This document shows, piece by piece, positions 33,401 to 45,783 of a DNA stretch of 64,000 nucleotides. The notes under the pieces are model-generated. The model saw only the letters and a program-made list of their open reading frames with translations. It was not told where the DNA came from and did no database searches. Position 1 is the first letter of the stretch; each line of letters begins with the position of its first letter. Origin of the DNA: Mantamonas sphyraenae STR306 (Eukaryota > Protista > CRuMs); assembly GCA_026936335.1 (NCBI GenBank), contig JAPMXV010000027.1:1-64000 (forward strand). Direction: 5' to 3'. The position numbers and the translations under genes were made by a program.

Positions 33401-34811
33401 CTACGAAAAGCGCATGGACCGCCTCCAACACCAAGGCGACGCCGCCCTCGACGAGGCCACCCTCGAGGCTGCCGTCCCTCGCTTCAGTGTCAAGCGCTCG
33501 CGAGCACGCACCGCACGTTTCACCGCAGACGACCTCGACTCCATGACAGACCTCGAAATCTGCGCACACATGCTCGCACGCGGTGACGGCGAGCTCATCA
33601 TGGAGTACGTCTCTCCCTCGCGCCATGCCTCCATCCAGGACACCTACCGCCGCCTCGCTTCCGACCAAGCCGCCGCACGCGCACGCCACGCAGGCCTCTC
33701 CTCGGAACGCAAGGTCACACCCATGCAACGCGTGCGCGTGCGTGACCTCGCTGGGCCCAACCACACCGCCACCTACATCACCTTTTGGGGCCACGCCACA
33801 GACGACCTCCATGCCCTCCTCCGCGAAGGCTCCCATGTCCGGTGCTATGGCTTGACCCCAGGCTCCTCTTCCTGTTTTGTCGATGGCGCCCCTCGCGTAC
33901 CCCTCAACGGCTACAGCAAGGTCAAGATCCACCGCATCGGCAAGGCCACCCCTGCCCAGCTCCAGCTCTCCTCCCACCGCTCAGCCTCCGATATCCTTTC
34001 GCTCGCCAACGCAACCGCAGGCCAGGAGCTCGACATGGCTCTCCTCTGTCTCGGTGTTTCTGAAGCTCAGAGCAGCGAGTACGCACGTGCTCGCGCAAAT
34101 GTCTTTTGCGCAGACGGCAGCGCAGATGCTCCCGTTGTCATCGAGATGCCCACTGACTTCTTCGGCTCTCTCCTCGACCAGCTCCAGACCGACCACGACA
34201 CCCAACCCATCCTCACCTTTCACAACCTGCGCTACAGCAAGTTTGATCCACACCTTGCCGTCCACCACCTCGTCGCAAACGAGTACACCCTCGCCGCTGC
34301 GGACAAGGCACCCGCGGCCTCCGACCAGCACCTCCTGGACGCATACACAGACATCGCAGATGCCCTTCACACACACGACACGGACTTTTCCCAGCACGTC
34401 GACCGTGTCTTTGACACCTACACCTCCATCGTCTCTGGCAATCGCTCCGCCTCCTCCTCCTCTTCCTCCATGGATCTCGACAACTCCCCGCGCGCCACCG
34501 CCTCGGCTGCCACCTACGGCTTTACGACTCCTTCTTCCGCAACCCCGCGTGCCCGCACTCCGCTCACAACAAGCACCACCCCGTCTGCTCGCGGCCGACG
34601 CCGAACAATGGGCATGAGCAGTGCACGCACGCGCACCCCGTCTTCCACGCCCGCCACAACCACTCCGTCCTCCGTCTCCATCTCCTCCGCATCTGCTTCG
34701 GCCTCCTCCCGCAAGTTTGCTTCTCGCAAGCGCATCGGCATGGGCCTTTCCAGCGGAAAGAAGCTTATGCGCAAGGTCGCGCAACCCATCAAGATGGACT
34801 CCCGAAAGTAA
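30431..34811 (+). CDS. BRCA2: BRCA2 homologue (2 clear BRC repeats, helical domain, OB folds); several frameshifts at ~30.8-32.4 kb
   Basis: BRC-like GFKTVSGKQIQVSDAAVKRA and GFTNAKTGQAVQVSDAAMQKA; WVANHYRWIVWKL, RYDREYDQGHRSAL, ELTDGWYSI, GQKL, APWHARLGF, IERTYP. Confidence 0.92.
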
Positions 34812-37174
34812 AAATCCACCGTGCCAGCCCACCCTCTCTCTCTCCATCTGTCCCCGTCCCCCACCCACCCACGCTCACCTTGGCCCTTTGCCCCTCTCCC
34901 CACCCCCAGATCCATCCCCTGCAAGTTCTTCATGAACGGAGGCTCCTGTCTCCTGGGCGACTCATGCCCCTACCTCCACGACGATGGAACATCATCCACT
35001 GCCTCATCTACTTCCTCCACCCCGTCCATGATGACCATGGCCTCCCAACCGCACGCCAACCTGTCCGCTGGCCAAGGGTGAGTTTCTCCTCTCTCCCGCT
35101 CTTTCCCGCCACACACCGCTTTTCCGCCCCGCACACCGTCCACGCACGCTCTTCTACCCCCTCCACCCATCCTCCTTCCACGCAGCCCTCTCTCGCACAC
35201 ATTGACCCCTCTCATATCCACTCTCCTGCCCGTCCATGCCCCTCCTCCCGTCCCCACAGCATGTGGCCGCTTCCAGGCACAGAGTACTCCTTTGACAACG
35301 GCGCCCAGTCCATGGCTGGCTCCGCAGACGGCCAGATGCTCTACAGCGCCGTCGTCTCGGGCTCCTCCAACAACTCTCTCTCTCCTGCCAACTCCTCATC
35401 AGGCCCTTCGGCAGGCACCTGGCGCTATGCTGCCCAGAACGCCTCCCTGCCCCAGATGCAGCCTCAGCAGACCTCCTCCGCCTCTGTTTCCTCCTCTTTC
35501 AACCAGCAATCCTCCTCAATCTCCTCGTCAAACCCACAGGGTGCCGGCCTTACCCTCAACGCTCGACCCTTCTTTCCCAAGACCGGTTCCACAAACGCAT
35601 TTTCCTCGGCCTCGTCCCCGTCCTCCTCCTCCTCCGCCTCTCAGTCCTCCTCTGCAAATGCTTCCTCCACCACACAGTCCTCCCACTCCACCTCGGGCTT
35701 CCAGAACCCTGTCGTCGACCACCAGCAAGGCATCCTCGACCTCAAGGCAAACGCTGCCTCCTACGTCTATGGCGCAAACGTGGAGAACCCTTCCTACTAC
35801 GCAAACACCCTCGCAAACACTGTTTCTGCCTACCAAAACATGCAGCACGCCTCCTTCAAGCCCGTTTCCAAGCTCTTTGCCGGCGAAATGGTCCGCTCAG
35901 AACTTCTCAACCGCGCCATCGCCTCCAGCTCACGCCTCGAGGACGACGACCCGCGCCTCGACGACCTCCCCGACTTTGTCAAGAGCTACCACAGCCTCCA
36001 TCCCCTTGATCACGCCAGCCAGTACGGCGGCACAAACGCCACATTTCGCTACCCGAGCACCGTCTTTCGCGTCGTCAACGCAAATGACGGCTGCACCTAC
36101 GCCATGCGTCGCGTCGACAACCTTCGCCTCACACGCGAGTTTTCCCTCTCCCGCGCAGACGCCTTCAAGGCCCTCAGGCCACACCCTAACCTCGTCGCCC
36201 TCAGGGAGGTTTTTGTTTCGGACGCCTTTATGATGGAATCCAAGTGTGTCTGCTTTGTCCACGAGTTCCACCCGGGCTCAGAGACTCTTGAGAACACCTT
36301 CCTACTCACCACAGGCCAACTCCTGCCCGAGGCCCAGCTTTGGAACTTTGCCTGTCAGCTACTCGCCGCAATCAAACACGTCCACACCGCAGGGCTTGCC
36401 GCACGCGTCATCGACATCTCCAAAATTATGATCACCAGTGGCTCATCCCAGCGTCTCTGTGTAGGCTCCCTCGGTGTCGTCGATGTCGTCCACTTTGAAG
36501 ACCAGGACAAGTCGCTCCAATTGCTCCAGAACGAAGACCTCTTTGCCATGGGCGGCGTCATGATGGCCCTTGCCTGTCGAAACCCGGCTGCTGCCTCCAA
36601 CCCCAACGTCTGGTTCGAGTCCATTGAGCAGCACTACAGCGCTGACTTTAAGGAGCTCATTGTCTTTCTCCTCACCAAGGCCCCTACAGACTCGGACTAC
36701 CCCACGGTCGCCGAACTCACCACCCTCATGGCACCCAAGATGCTTGAGGCCCTCGAGAGCGCCCAGAGCCACAGTGACTCCCTCATGGACGAGCTCCAGC
36801 TCGAAATGGACAACGGCCGTCTCTTCCGCCTCCTCTCCAAGCTCGGCTTCATCAACGAGCGTCCCTCCCATCGCAACGACGACCAGTGGGCAGAAACTGC
36901 CGATCGATATCTCCTCAAGCTCTTTCGCGACTTTGTCTTTCACCAGGTGGACGAGGAAGGCCACCCTGTGCTCGACCTCGTCCATGTCATCGACTGCCTC
37001 AACAAGCTCGACGTCGGTGTCAACGAGCGCATCACGCTCATGAGCCGCGACGAGAAGGACATCCTCGTCGTCTCCTACGCCGACTTGAAGAAGTGCATCG
37101 AAAAGAGCTTTGTCGACCTCCTCGAAAACGTCGATCTGCCCAGCGGCGGAGGCAGCGCGGGCGGTGGACGATGA
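34794..37174 (+). CDS. PAN3: PAN2-PAN3 deadenylase subunit PAN3
   Basis: CCCH finger CKFFMNGGSCLLGDSCPYLH, PAM2-like LTLNARPFFP, pseudokinase, and C-terminal DNGRLFRLL..WAETADRYLLKLFRDFVFHQ..CLNKLD. The start position is inferred (see findings). Confidence 0.92.
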
Positions 37175-37239
37175 ACAGTGCAAACAGGCAATGCAAAACA
37201 CACAAACACACAAACACACAAACACCCTGGCTGTGTCGT

Positions 37240-39362
37240 TTAATCGGCGCGCTTCGCCTTCTTCTTGCGTTGCGTCACCTTGGACCCACTCGCACCCGAT
37301 GCACCCTTGTTGCTGGGCTCGAGTTCACCCTCTGTGCCCGCTGCCTCGCTCTCCTTGGCCTTGCCCTTACCCTTCCCCTCATCCTCCTCCTCACCCTCCT
37401 CGTCCTCATCCTCGCCCTCTGCAGCCACGCCAGCACCCTCGCTCGCCGGCTGTGCGCGCACAGCCGCAGACTCCGGCGACGACGACGACGGCATCAGCAG
37501 AAAGATCATCAGGGGCAGCAGAGCCATGACAGCGCCCACCATGGCACCCTGCGGGTTCTCCTGCACAAAGTCCATCAGCTGTGTGTACAGGCGCTCAAAC
37601 GCCTCGCTGATGCTCGCCACAAATCCCTTGCCATTGCCCGTGTTGGCCTCAGCCGTGGCACGCTTCGCCTTTTCGCGGCCAAACTTGATGCGCCACGTAG
37701 CGTCAGCAAACCGGCGTGCCTCCGCCATGTCGTGCCCGATGAAAAAGTTGTCAAACAACAGGCCGTCGTTTACGTTCCACAGCTCCAGCGCCATGGCCAC
37801 CATCGGGTCAAAGTTGTGCGGGTGGTTGTCCTCAAAGTAGTTCTCGTTCGGGATCTGGCGCGGCTTCCACTCGCCCTTGTACTCGGGGTTCTTGATGCGC
37901 GGTGCCTTCCAGGGGCCCTTGTAGCGCGGGTTGTCGATCATGGGCGGCTTCCACTCGCCACAACCCTGAGACTCACACTTGGGGTTCTCCACCATGGGCG
38001 CCTCCCACTCTCCGTCATCCTCGTCGTCCCAATCCTCGGGCTTGGCCACACTGGGGTCCGGAATCATCGCCGGCTCGTCGTCCAGCCAGTTGTCCGGCTT
38101 CACTGCATCCGGATCCGGGATCTTGCGAGGCTGCGTCTCGTCCCAGTCCTCGGGCTTCACAGCCTCGGGATCGTCAATGTACTCCTCGTCCACCCAGTCC
38201 TCGGGCTTCTTGTCGGTCGGGTCGTCAATCATCTTGGGCGGGTTGACTGCAGGCGTAAAGTTCTCCAACAGGGAGCCCGAGCTCTCCACTTTGCCGTCGA
38301 CCAGCACTTCGAACGAGTTGTCCGGGCGCACGTGCAGAGTGTACAAGTGCGTCAGCGTGTCCGACAGTTTGGACATGGGTGGCTTGCTCACGTGCTTCTC
38401 CTCGTACTCCTTGTTCACCGGGTTCTGGTGGCGAAAGATAAAGTGCACCTTGTCGTTGTCCGGTCCGCATCGGTCCGGACCAAACATGATCGTGTACGGC
38501 GTGTCCCCGTCCAGCTTCTTCGGATCAAAGTTGTCCTTGGCCGTCAGAAGCTTCACATAGGCACCACCGCACTCCTGTGCACGCTGCGCCTTGACCTCGT
38601 ACTGAACCACAAGCGATTTGTCCTTCACGTTCAGCGTCTCGTTGAACACCGCCGTCAGGCCCTGGAACGTGTTCGGCTTTTGGATCACCAGTCCCTTGTC
38701 AGCCTTGATGCCCACATACTCGGCATCCGGCTCCTGCACACGCATAACACCTGTGAAACGTGCATATATGTGTGTGCGCGCGTGTACCGCCCGAAAGCAG
38801 GTGTGTCCACCCATCAGGATTGTGTCAGCTCGTCGCCGCGCAGAATGACGTGGCTCGGCGGTTTCCGCCCATTGTTTCCCGCGACTTTTCTTCCGTTCCC
38901 CACCGCCCTTTGCGCTGCACTTACCGTTGTACTTGGGCTGCTGAGAGCGCACCCATGTCTCCGGGTCAAGCTCGTTGTGGAAGGTCTCGAAAAAGTGTGC
39001 TCCCTCGGGGGTGGGTGGCTCGTAGTTGGCCAGCTCCTCCTCGGCGTCGTCATCGCCACCAAACTCCTCCTGCACGCGGTGAAGCAGACACACATCGACA
39101 CACAGGCAAACGTCCCCATGGCTCCGTGTCAGCTCGTGCATGTCTTGATGCATACGTGCACCTGTGCACACAGTTTCTAGCCAGCTGTGGACGCTGGCTA
39201 CCGTTTGCTGTGCATGCTCCACTCACCTGCACTTCCGACACCACCGGCACGTCGTCATCCTCCTCCTCGACTACAGCGTCATTGTCTGCGTGGACATGTG
39301 TGTTGGCCAGCAACAAGCTGAGGCCAAGCAGCAAGATCAGCAATGTAGAATGTCTTTGTCAT
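37240..39362 (-). CDS. CANX: Calnexin
   Basis: Signal peptide, LVVQYEV..CGGAYVKLL, YTIMFGPDRCG, repeated KPEDWDE P-domain, TM helix, ER-retrieval-like tail KKAKRAD; three introns; apparent +1 indel just after the ATG. Confidence 0.95.
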
Positions 39363-39408
39363 CTGCTCAGAACTGCTTTTTCCAGTGAGTTCCCCGGCGC
39401 TCGCTCGC

Positions 39409-41592
39409 TCACTCCTCCACACCCAACACCTCCCGCACCTGTTCTGGCGTATACACAAGCAACGACGACGTGTCGGTGTAGCCCGAGTTGGGAGCCAGGA
39501 TGGCGGCGTACAGCACGTCGTAGGCGCGCGCAATCTCCTGCAGCACAAGCTGCCGCACACGTGCGCGCATGGCACTGTCCATCAGCATGTCACACTCGCC
39601 CAGCTCCAACACACCTTGGTCGATGACCTCTGTGCGTAGCGAATCCAGCGAGCTCTTCATGTGCGCCTGGTCCATGCCAGGCACCTCGCTCAAGGGCGGC
39701 ACTTCCCCCTCATCCGTGCCTTCGCCGCTTCTGCGTCGCAGGCATGTGTTGACCTTGTCGGCCACATTGCAATCCGTGAGTACAGTGGACACTTGCTCGC
39801 GCACCACAGTGTTCAAATTGACCTCCAGCTGCACGCGCAGGAGCTCGCACTCGGACTTTGTAAACGCATACGCCTCCAGCGTCTGCAGGATAGTCTGGAT
39901 ACAGTTGAGCATGTACACTACACACTCCAGCGGATCCAGTCCCGCCGTACTCAGCGTGCATGACTTGAGCAGCGGTTGCACCATAGCCTTGAGCACAGGC
40001 GCAAACTCCTGGTCCTGTGCTCCGCCGCTTGTCAACGTGGCCTGGTGACTCTCCATCAGCTCATTGATTACAGCCAGCGTGTTGTGAACCTGGATTGGAG
40101 GCATGAGGTCGGACGGGGCACTCGGAGGCATGCGCACAAGCTTGTCGCCAAGCTTCCGCACCATGTCGTTAAACTCGCGTTCCGCCCGGCCTGTGCAGCT
40201 CGTGAACGTGGTACTCAGCGCGCATTCGGCGTACAACATGTCATCCACCAGTTCCTGGTAGAACTGCAGGATGTTCTTGATGCGGTAGGTGACATTCAGC
40301 TGGTTTAGCGAAAGAACAACCTGCTCCACCCGAATCTGGAAGGGTCTGCACACGCCGTCAAACGCCTGTGACAGCACCTGTGTAATGTCCTGCTGTGCTG
40401 CCTTTTGTCTTTGCTCCACCTCCTCTGCACTCTCGTGCTCTGGCTCGTCGCCTTGTTCACCGTCGTTGTCTCCGGACTGCTTGTCTGTCCCCTGCACGTC
40501 TGCGAGCTGCACCTGAAACAGCTGCCGCATGAGCTCTCGCTCAGATGCCAATGTTTGGTGGATCCAGGCACACATGTCGCTGACGTAGCGGATTGGGTCG
40601 TGCGAGTGGATCTCGATCGGACGCGGCACGCCGTTTGGCCCGCCAACCTGCAGGGCGTCGACAAACATCTTTGTCAACGCATTGCGTCGTTGAGTGGCAA
40701 TCTCTCGCAGGCATACACTGTGTGCACGTGGATGACGCCGGGGTGACGAGTGTGTGTGTGTGTGTGTGTCAGCCGGAGTTTCAGGGTGTGCCAAGAGAGG
40801 GATTCGCTCACGCAAAAACCCGACGCCCTCCTACCTGTACAAAGCCTTTTCGCTGAGCCTGGAAAGCGCAAGGGGAAGCAGTTCGTCAACAGAATCGAGC
40901 GAAGTGGCGTCGAGCTTGCGCACTTCTTGCTGGACCCAGCGGTAGAGTCGCTGGTAGGCAGCCTCCTGGTGTCCGCTCATGGTCTCCAGGATCTCCATGC
41001 CCACACGCTGGTTAGGCGAGTTGAGCAGCAACTCGTGGCACTGCGACGTGATCAAACGCACACGGTCCCAGGCATCGAAAAAGGCCCGGTCCAGCTGGAT
41101 GGTCTTTGCGGCCTTTGCTGAGGAGCGCGAGCTGCCAGCCGTGCGCACGGACGCAGGCGGTTGCAAGGCATCCAGTTGCTCCTGGGTCAGCGTGTACTTG
41201 CGCAGAAACGCCTGTGACAGAGACAAGTTGACAGTGGCGCGTTGCATGTCATTCTGCAGCACCGAGCTGGTGCGTGTGAGCTCCTTGGAAACCGCCTGGC
41301 TGGTTTCCAAGCGAGCGCTGATCTGCTCGCAGGCGTCACTCATCACATCCACGTCCTCCTTGACCTCGGCCAGTGCATGCTGCACCTTGGACAAGGCAGA
41401 CAGAAAGTCCCTGTGGATCTGCACGCCCTGCTCCTCGATGTTGTCCAGCAAGTCCAGTCTGTTCTCCACTGTGTTGGCCTGGTAAAACGTGCCCAGATGC
41501 GTCAACGCCATCAGCAGCTCCGGTGAGTCTGTCCGCGTCTCCAGGATGCGGTTCAGCCGCGCACGCAGCTGTGGATGAGACGAGCTGGTCAT
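39409..41592 (-). CDS. COG6: Conserved oligomeric Golgi complex subunit 6
   Basis: QEAAYQRLYRW, GGPNGVPRPIEIHSHDPIRYVSDMCAWIHQ, CRPFQIRVEQ, TPEQV..L; one intron ~40709-40834. Confidence 0.93.
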
Positions 41593-41645
41593 GGATTACA
41601 CTGCACCTCGCAGCGCACCCACACACACACAAACACACCCTCACA

Positions 41646-42541
41646 ATGAGCCAGTCCGAGGCCCCCGAAGTCGAAGGAGGACAGCAGCTGGACCTAAGCA
41701 CGCTTAGTCTCGAGCAATTGGGTGTCGTCAAGCAGCAGCTGGATGAGGTACGACCAAAGTTGGCGCCAAGGCTGCGGCGGGAGATCGTGATTTGCTGACC
41801 CCCCAACCCACAACCACCTCACACTTTCCGCAGGAGAACAAGGTGCTCATGCAGGGCTTCAGCAACCTCAAGGAGGCAGAGGCCAGGTACAAGATGGCCA
41901 AGGAATCTCTGAGCGAGTTCAACTCGGACAACGAAGGTGAGCGCGCTGCTGGTGATCAGCAGAGGGGAAAACGGCTGCTGGGTTTTTCACCCCCTTCCAC
42001 ATCCACTACCTGAGCACATGTCGCACACGACTCTGCCTCGCATGTCTCCACATCTCCCATGCGCTTGTCGATGTGTTTCCACTCGCCACAGGCCGCGTTG
42101 CAGAGCGTGCGACGCCGCGGGTCAGCTGCCTCAACTTGCGCGCCAACGGCCTCGGCGGTGCTGCACAGACAAACGTTGGCGACGCAGCACACACATTCCG
42201 CGCAGCGCTGACACACCTTGCACGCTTCTCCCCCCACGTGTGGCTCCACAGGCGCATCGATCCTGATTCCGCTGACGCAGTCGTTGTACGTGCCTGCCAA
42301 GCTGAACGACGTCGAGAGCGTCATGGTGGAGATCGGCACAGGCTACTACGTCAAGAAGAGCGTCGAATCGGCCACCAAGTATGTGGAGGGCCGCCAAACA
42401 AAGGTCAGCGACACGCTGAAGGGTCTGGAAAAGACCATCACCCTCAAGCAGCAGTACGCCGCCATGGCTGCTCAGATGCAGCAGAGCAAGGTCCAGGCTG
42501 CCCTGCAGCAGCAGCAGCAGCAGCAACAGAAAAACGATTAA
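41646..42541 (+). CDS. PFDN5: Prefoldin subunit 5
   Basis: DLSTLSLEQL..VKQQLDEE; ILIPLTQSLYVPAKL..VMVEIGTGYYVKK; two introns. Confidence 0.93.
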
Positions 42542-42628
42542 ACACACACACTCTCTCTCCCCACACACCACACTCGCACTTGCATCGATGCTCTTCATTG
42601 TGTGAAAGTGCTCTGGACACTCACTCCA

Positions 42629-43852
42629 TCAAAAGGCGTCGTCGCCAACAGTTGCCTCGATAACATCAGCCACGCCGCGCATCAGCTTGGCCTTGTCCTT
42701 TCCGTTCTTCTGCATCCAGGCGCCCACTGTATCGGCCGCAGACTCCACCAGCTCATCGCTGACGTCTGGCGTGTTTGCTGCCATCTGCTCCAGCAGCCGC
42801 GGGTGGTCCAGACTCTGCAGCCCGTTCAGCAGTTCTGGGTCCACCATCAGTGCAGCAGCAAGGGCAGACTGTACCATGACCCCTCCGTGCTCCGACGCGT
42901 TCCATCCCAACGCCTTGCCTTCCTCCTCGGTGATGGCGTGGCCCTTGAGAAGAAACGCCCTCAGATCCGCAAGCTGTTCAGCCGCAACCACCTCTGCAGG
43001 CACACTTGCCTTGCCGTCCAATGTTGCCGACGCCGCCACCACACCCAACGTCAGTCCAGCACTGCTGTGCAGCTTGATTTCACGTCCCGTGCAGCTTTGT
43101 GCTGGGCCCAAAGTAGCCAGCACGTCCACACACATCAGCGGCACGTCCTTGGCCATCAGTGCGCTCGCGTGCCGCACATCCTGTAAACACACCTTGGTGA
43201 GCAGGTCCAGAGCATACTTGGCTGGCTGCTCGCCTCCGCCTCCAAAGAACGTGCCGGTGTTGGGCAGGTGAGCGAATTGCGACTCAACCTCCGTGTTGGC
43301 CCTGTCCACGTGCTTGATCAGCTGGTCCACCGCATGCTCATCTTCAATCAGCTGCATGGCAAAGAATGCGTCGCTCGCAATCACCTTGGGATGCGAACCC
43401 ACCTCCCGGTACAACGTCTCGACAATCAGGTCACGCAGTTTCTTGTCCTTTTCCGCCTCCCGTGCCACAGCCATCAGCGAGTCTACGCCGTTGTGCGCAA
43501 TCACAGACACTCGATTGCGAATCACCACTGCCTGGGACGCCAGTCCGGGCCGGAAATGAACCAGCTGCTTGATATCCTTGGCCATCTGCCGACGAATGCG
43601 CACCGTCTCCGTGTCCATGTTCTTCACCAGCGACTCCACCAGTTCCCGGTTGTCTCCTGACGCAGGCTTAAAGTCTTCCATCAGCGTGTCCACCAGCTTG
43701 CCAAACAGGTTCCCCTGCGCTGCTGTGGAATGCACGCCTGCACGCTGCACCTTTTCGCCGTGCAGCACCCTCGTACTTGTGCTGCTGCTTGCACACCCTC
43801 GCACCCACGCTTTGTTCAGCCCTGCCTTGCGCAGCCCCGCTCGCTGAAACAT
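42629..43852 (-). CDS. Hypothetical helical protein with a mitochondrial-presequence-like N-terminus
   Basis: MFQRAGLRKAGLNKAWVRG... is Arg/Ala/Ser rich and acid-free; ~407 aa; no family recognised. Confidence 0.6.
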   Translation of the reverse strand: MFQRAGLRKAGLNKAWVRGCASSSTSTRVLHGEKVQRAGVHSTAAQGNLFGKLVDTLMEDFKPASGDNRELVESLVKNMDTETVRIRRQMAKDIKQLVHFRPGLASQAVVIRNRVSVIAHNGVDSLMAVAREAEKDKKLRDLIVETLYREVGSHPKVIASDAFFAMQLIEDEHAVDQLIKHVDRANTEVESQFAHLPNTGTFFGGGGEQPAKYALDLLTKVCLQDVRHASALMAKDVPLMCVDVLATLGPAQSCTGREIKLHSSAGLTLGVVAASATLDGKASVPAEVVAAEQLADLRAFLLKGHAITEEEGKALGWNASEHGGVMVQSALAAALMVDPELLNGLQSLDHPRLLEQMAANTPDVSDELVESAADTVGAWMQKNGKDKAKLMRGVADVIEATVGDDAF

Positions 43853-43909
43853 GTTCCGATTGAAAGTTGGCCCCGCTGACGTGTCCAAATCAAACAGCCC
43901 TCCTTCATC

Positions 43910-44206
43910 ATGGATCTCGACACCGAAGGCGCCAAGGCTGTGCTTGAGCGGCTTCAACTCATCACAGCGTCCATGAGTACGTACTCGGTTGTGGTCCCGC
44001 GTCTCGTGGCAGCCTTGGGCGCACACCGGCTGCGCTGCTGCGCGCGCTTACTCACAACTCCGCCCGCCCCGTACGCAGACGACATCAAACGCCGCCTCAA
44101 AGACACGGAAGTGTGTATCGAAGACATGAACGAGACACAAGACAACATCAACGGCGCGGTGACAGGCTTTGCAGCTGCATTTGGCCAGTTTGGACAACAC
44201 TCGTGA
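43910..44206 (+). CDS. Small (~64 aa) coiled-coil protein
   Basis: Consensus intron 43977-44078 (GTACGT..CTCAC..GCAG) gives MDLDTEGAKAVLERLQLITASMNDIKRRLKDTEVCIEDMNETQDNINGAVTGFAAAFGQFGQHS. Confidence 0.6.
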   Translation: MDLDTEGAKAVLERLQLITASMSTYSVVVPRLVAALGAHRLRCCARLLTTPPAPYADDIKRRLKDTEVCIEDMNETQDNINGAVTGFAAAFGQFGQHS

Positions 44207-44220
44207 TCGCAACGCGCCCC

Positions 44221-45728
44221 CTAGGCAACGCCTGCGCCCGTGGCCTCCACGTACTCCCTCTTGGCCCTCTCGATCTGGTCTGCGTCTTTCCAGGTGGCTT
44301 GGGTGAGCACATGAGGGCCCTCCTGTGTAAAAAGAACGTCGTCTTCGATGCGCACGCCGATGCCGTTGAACTCGCTCTTGGAGCCCGTCAAACCCTTCAA
44401 ATACAATCCAGGCTCCACTGTGACCACCATTCCGTTGCGTAGGCGCTGCATGCGCACACTGCGCGTGTCATGCACGTCCATACCCAAGAAATGGCCGATT
44501 GAGTGCGGGTACACCTTGCGGAGCTCGTGCGTCGTCATCTCAATGCCCAATTCTTCACGAAGGCCACTGAGCAGAGCCAGGGCGCTTATTTCGTGCAGGC
44601 CTTCCAGAGTCATGTTTAGCTCCTGCTGGCAAGCCTCAATGACCATACGCTGTGCCGCAAGCACGACCTCGTACACAGCCCGCTCTTGCGACGTGAATGT
44701 CATTCCCACTGGGAAGGTGCGTGTGATGTCGATGCTGTAGTTGTACAGCTCGCCTCCGGCGTCCACCAACAGCAGACCATCCTCCAGCTCGTCGTTGTTT
44801 GCTACATAGTGCAGGATCAGCGCGTTCTCCCGTGCGGCCACCACCGGTGGGTATGCCAGCCGCATGGCACCACGCATACGACACACATACTCCAGGTAAG
44901 CTTCCACCTGGTGTTCATTTTCAGTTCCCCCGAGCTGGTGCGTACCATCGCTCCATTGATTGCCTCGGCACTCAGCGCTGCACATCGTTCCATCATGGCC
45001 ACCTCTGCATTGGACTTCACAAGCCGTTGCTGCTCAACCAAAGGCGTGGCCATTCGCGGGTGTTTCTGTAGATGTCGCGACCCTTCCATCACTTTGACCA
45101 GCCGCGCCGCCTTGGCTGTGCTTTGCACCTCGGTGCTCCCACAGAACAGCACGTTGGACCGCACTGCGTCCAGTTTGCGGTTGAGCACCTGTTCAAACTC
45201 GTTTGTGGTGTATGCTTCGTCCACCCCAAAGTGGTCCATCACCCCCTCCGGTCCGCTCCTGGGTCCGTCCCAAAGCTCGCGCGCCTCGCTCCGTTCGGGC
45301 ACAAACAGCGTGCTCACCACCTTCTCTTCCACCTCCTGCGTTTCCAACACCAGAAACGCATCTGGCTCCTCAAAGCCGCACAAGTAGGCAAAGTCGGAGC
45401 TCTGACGGAACCTGTATGGGATGTCGTTGCTCATCAGCTGCTGCGACGCTCCGGCCACCACCAGCATGCTGTTACGCCCCACACGTCGCATCAGCTGCGC
45501 ACGTCGTTCACGGTATTCCTCTGCAGTGAACCCAGGCGTCACTGATGCCCAGATGCCCATCCCAACTGTGTCAGCGTGGTGCCCCCACCATCATCTGGTT
45601 GCGTTCTCTCTCTTTCCATCCTCACATTCTCCTTCCTTCACCAGATGCGGGTGAGATCCACGCAGAGGTTGTCCGTGCTTGCGCATCTTGGCTCCCTGCT
45701 GCAGCGTCCCTCCTGTCCTTCGAAACAT
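44221..45728 (-). CDS. XPNPEP3: Mitochondrial Xaa-Pro aminopeptidase 3 / Icp55
   Basis: GQP..SHPHL..GELTPG..EEY..RR, DIPYRFRQSSDFAYLCG, LVDAG..Y..DITRTFP, PHSIGHFLGMDVHD, TVEPGLY, GVRIEDD; frameshift in a G-run near 44930. Confidence 0.93.
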
Positions 45729-45783
45729 GCAGTGTGTCAGCGCCCTGCCTGCGCCCGGGCACTCAGACTTTCCCCCACACACC

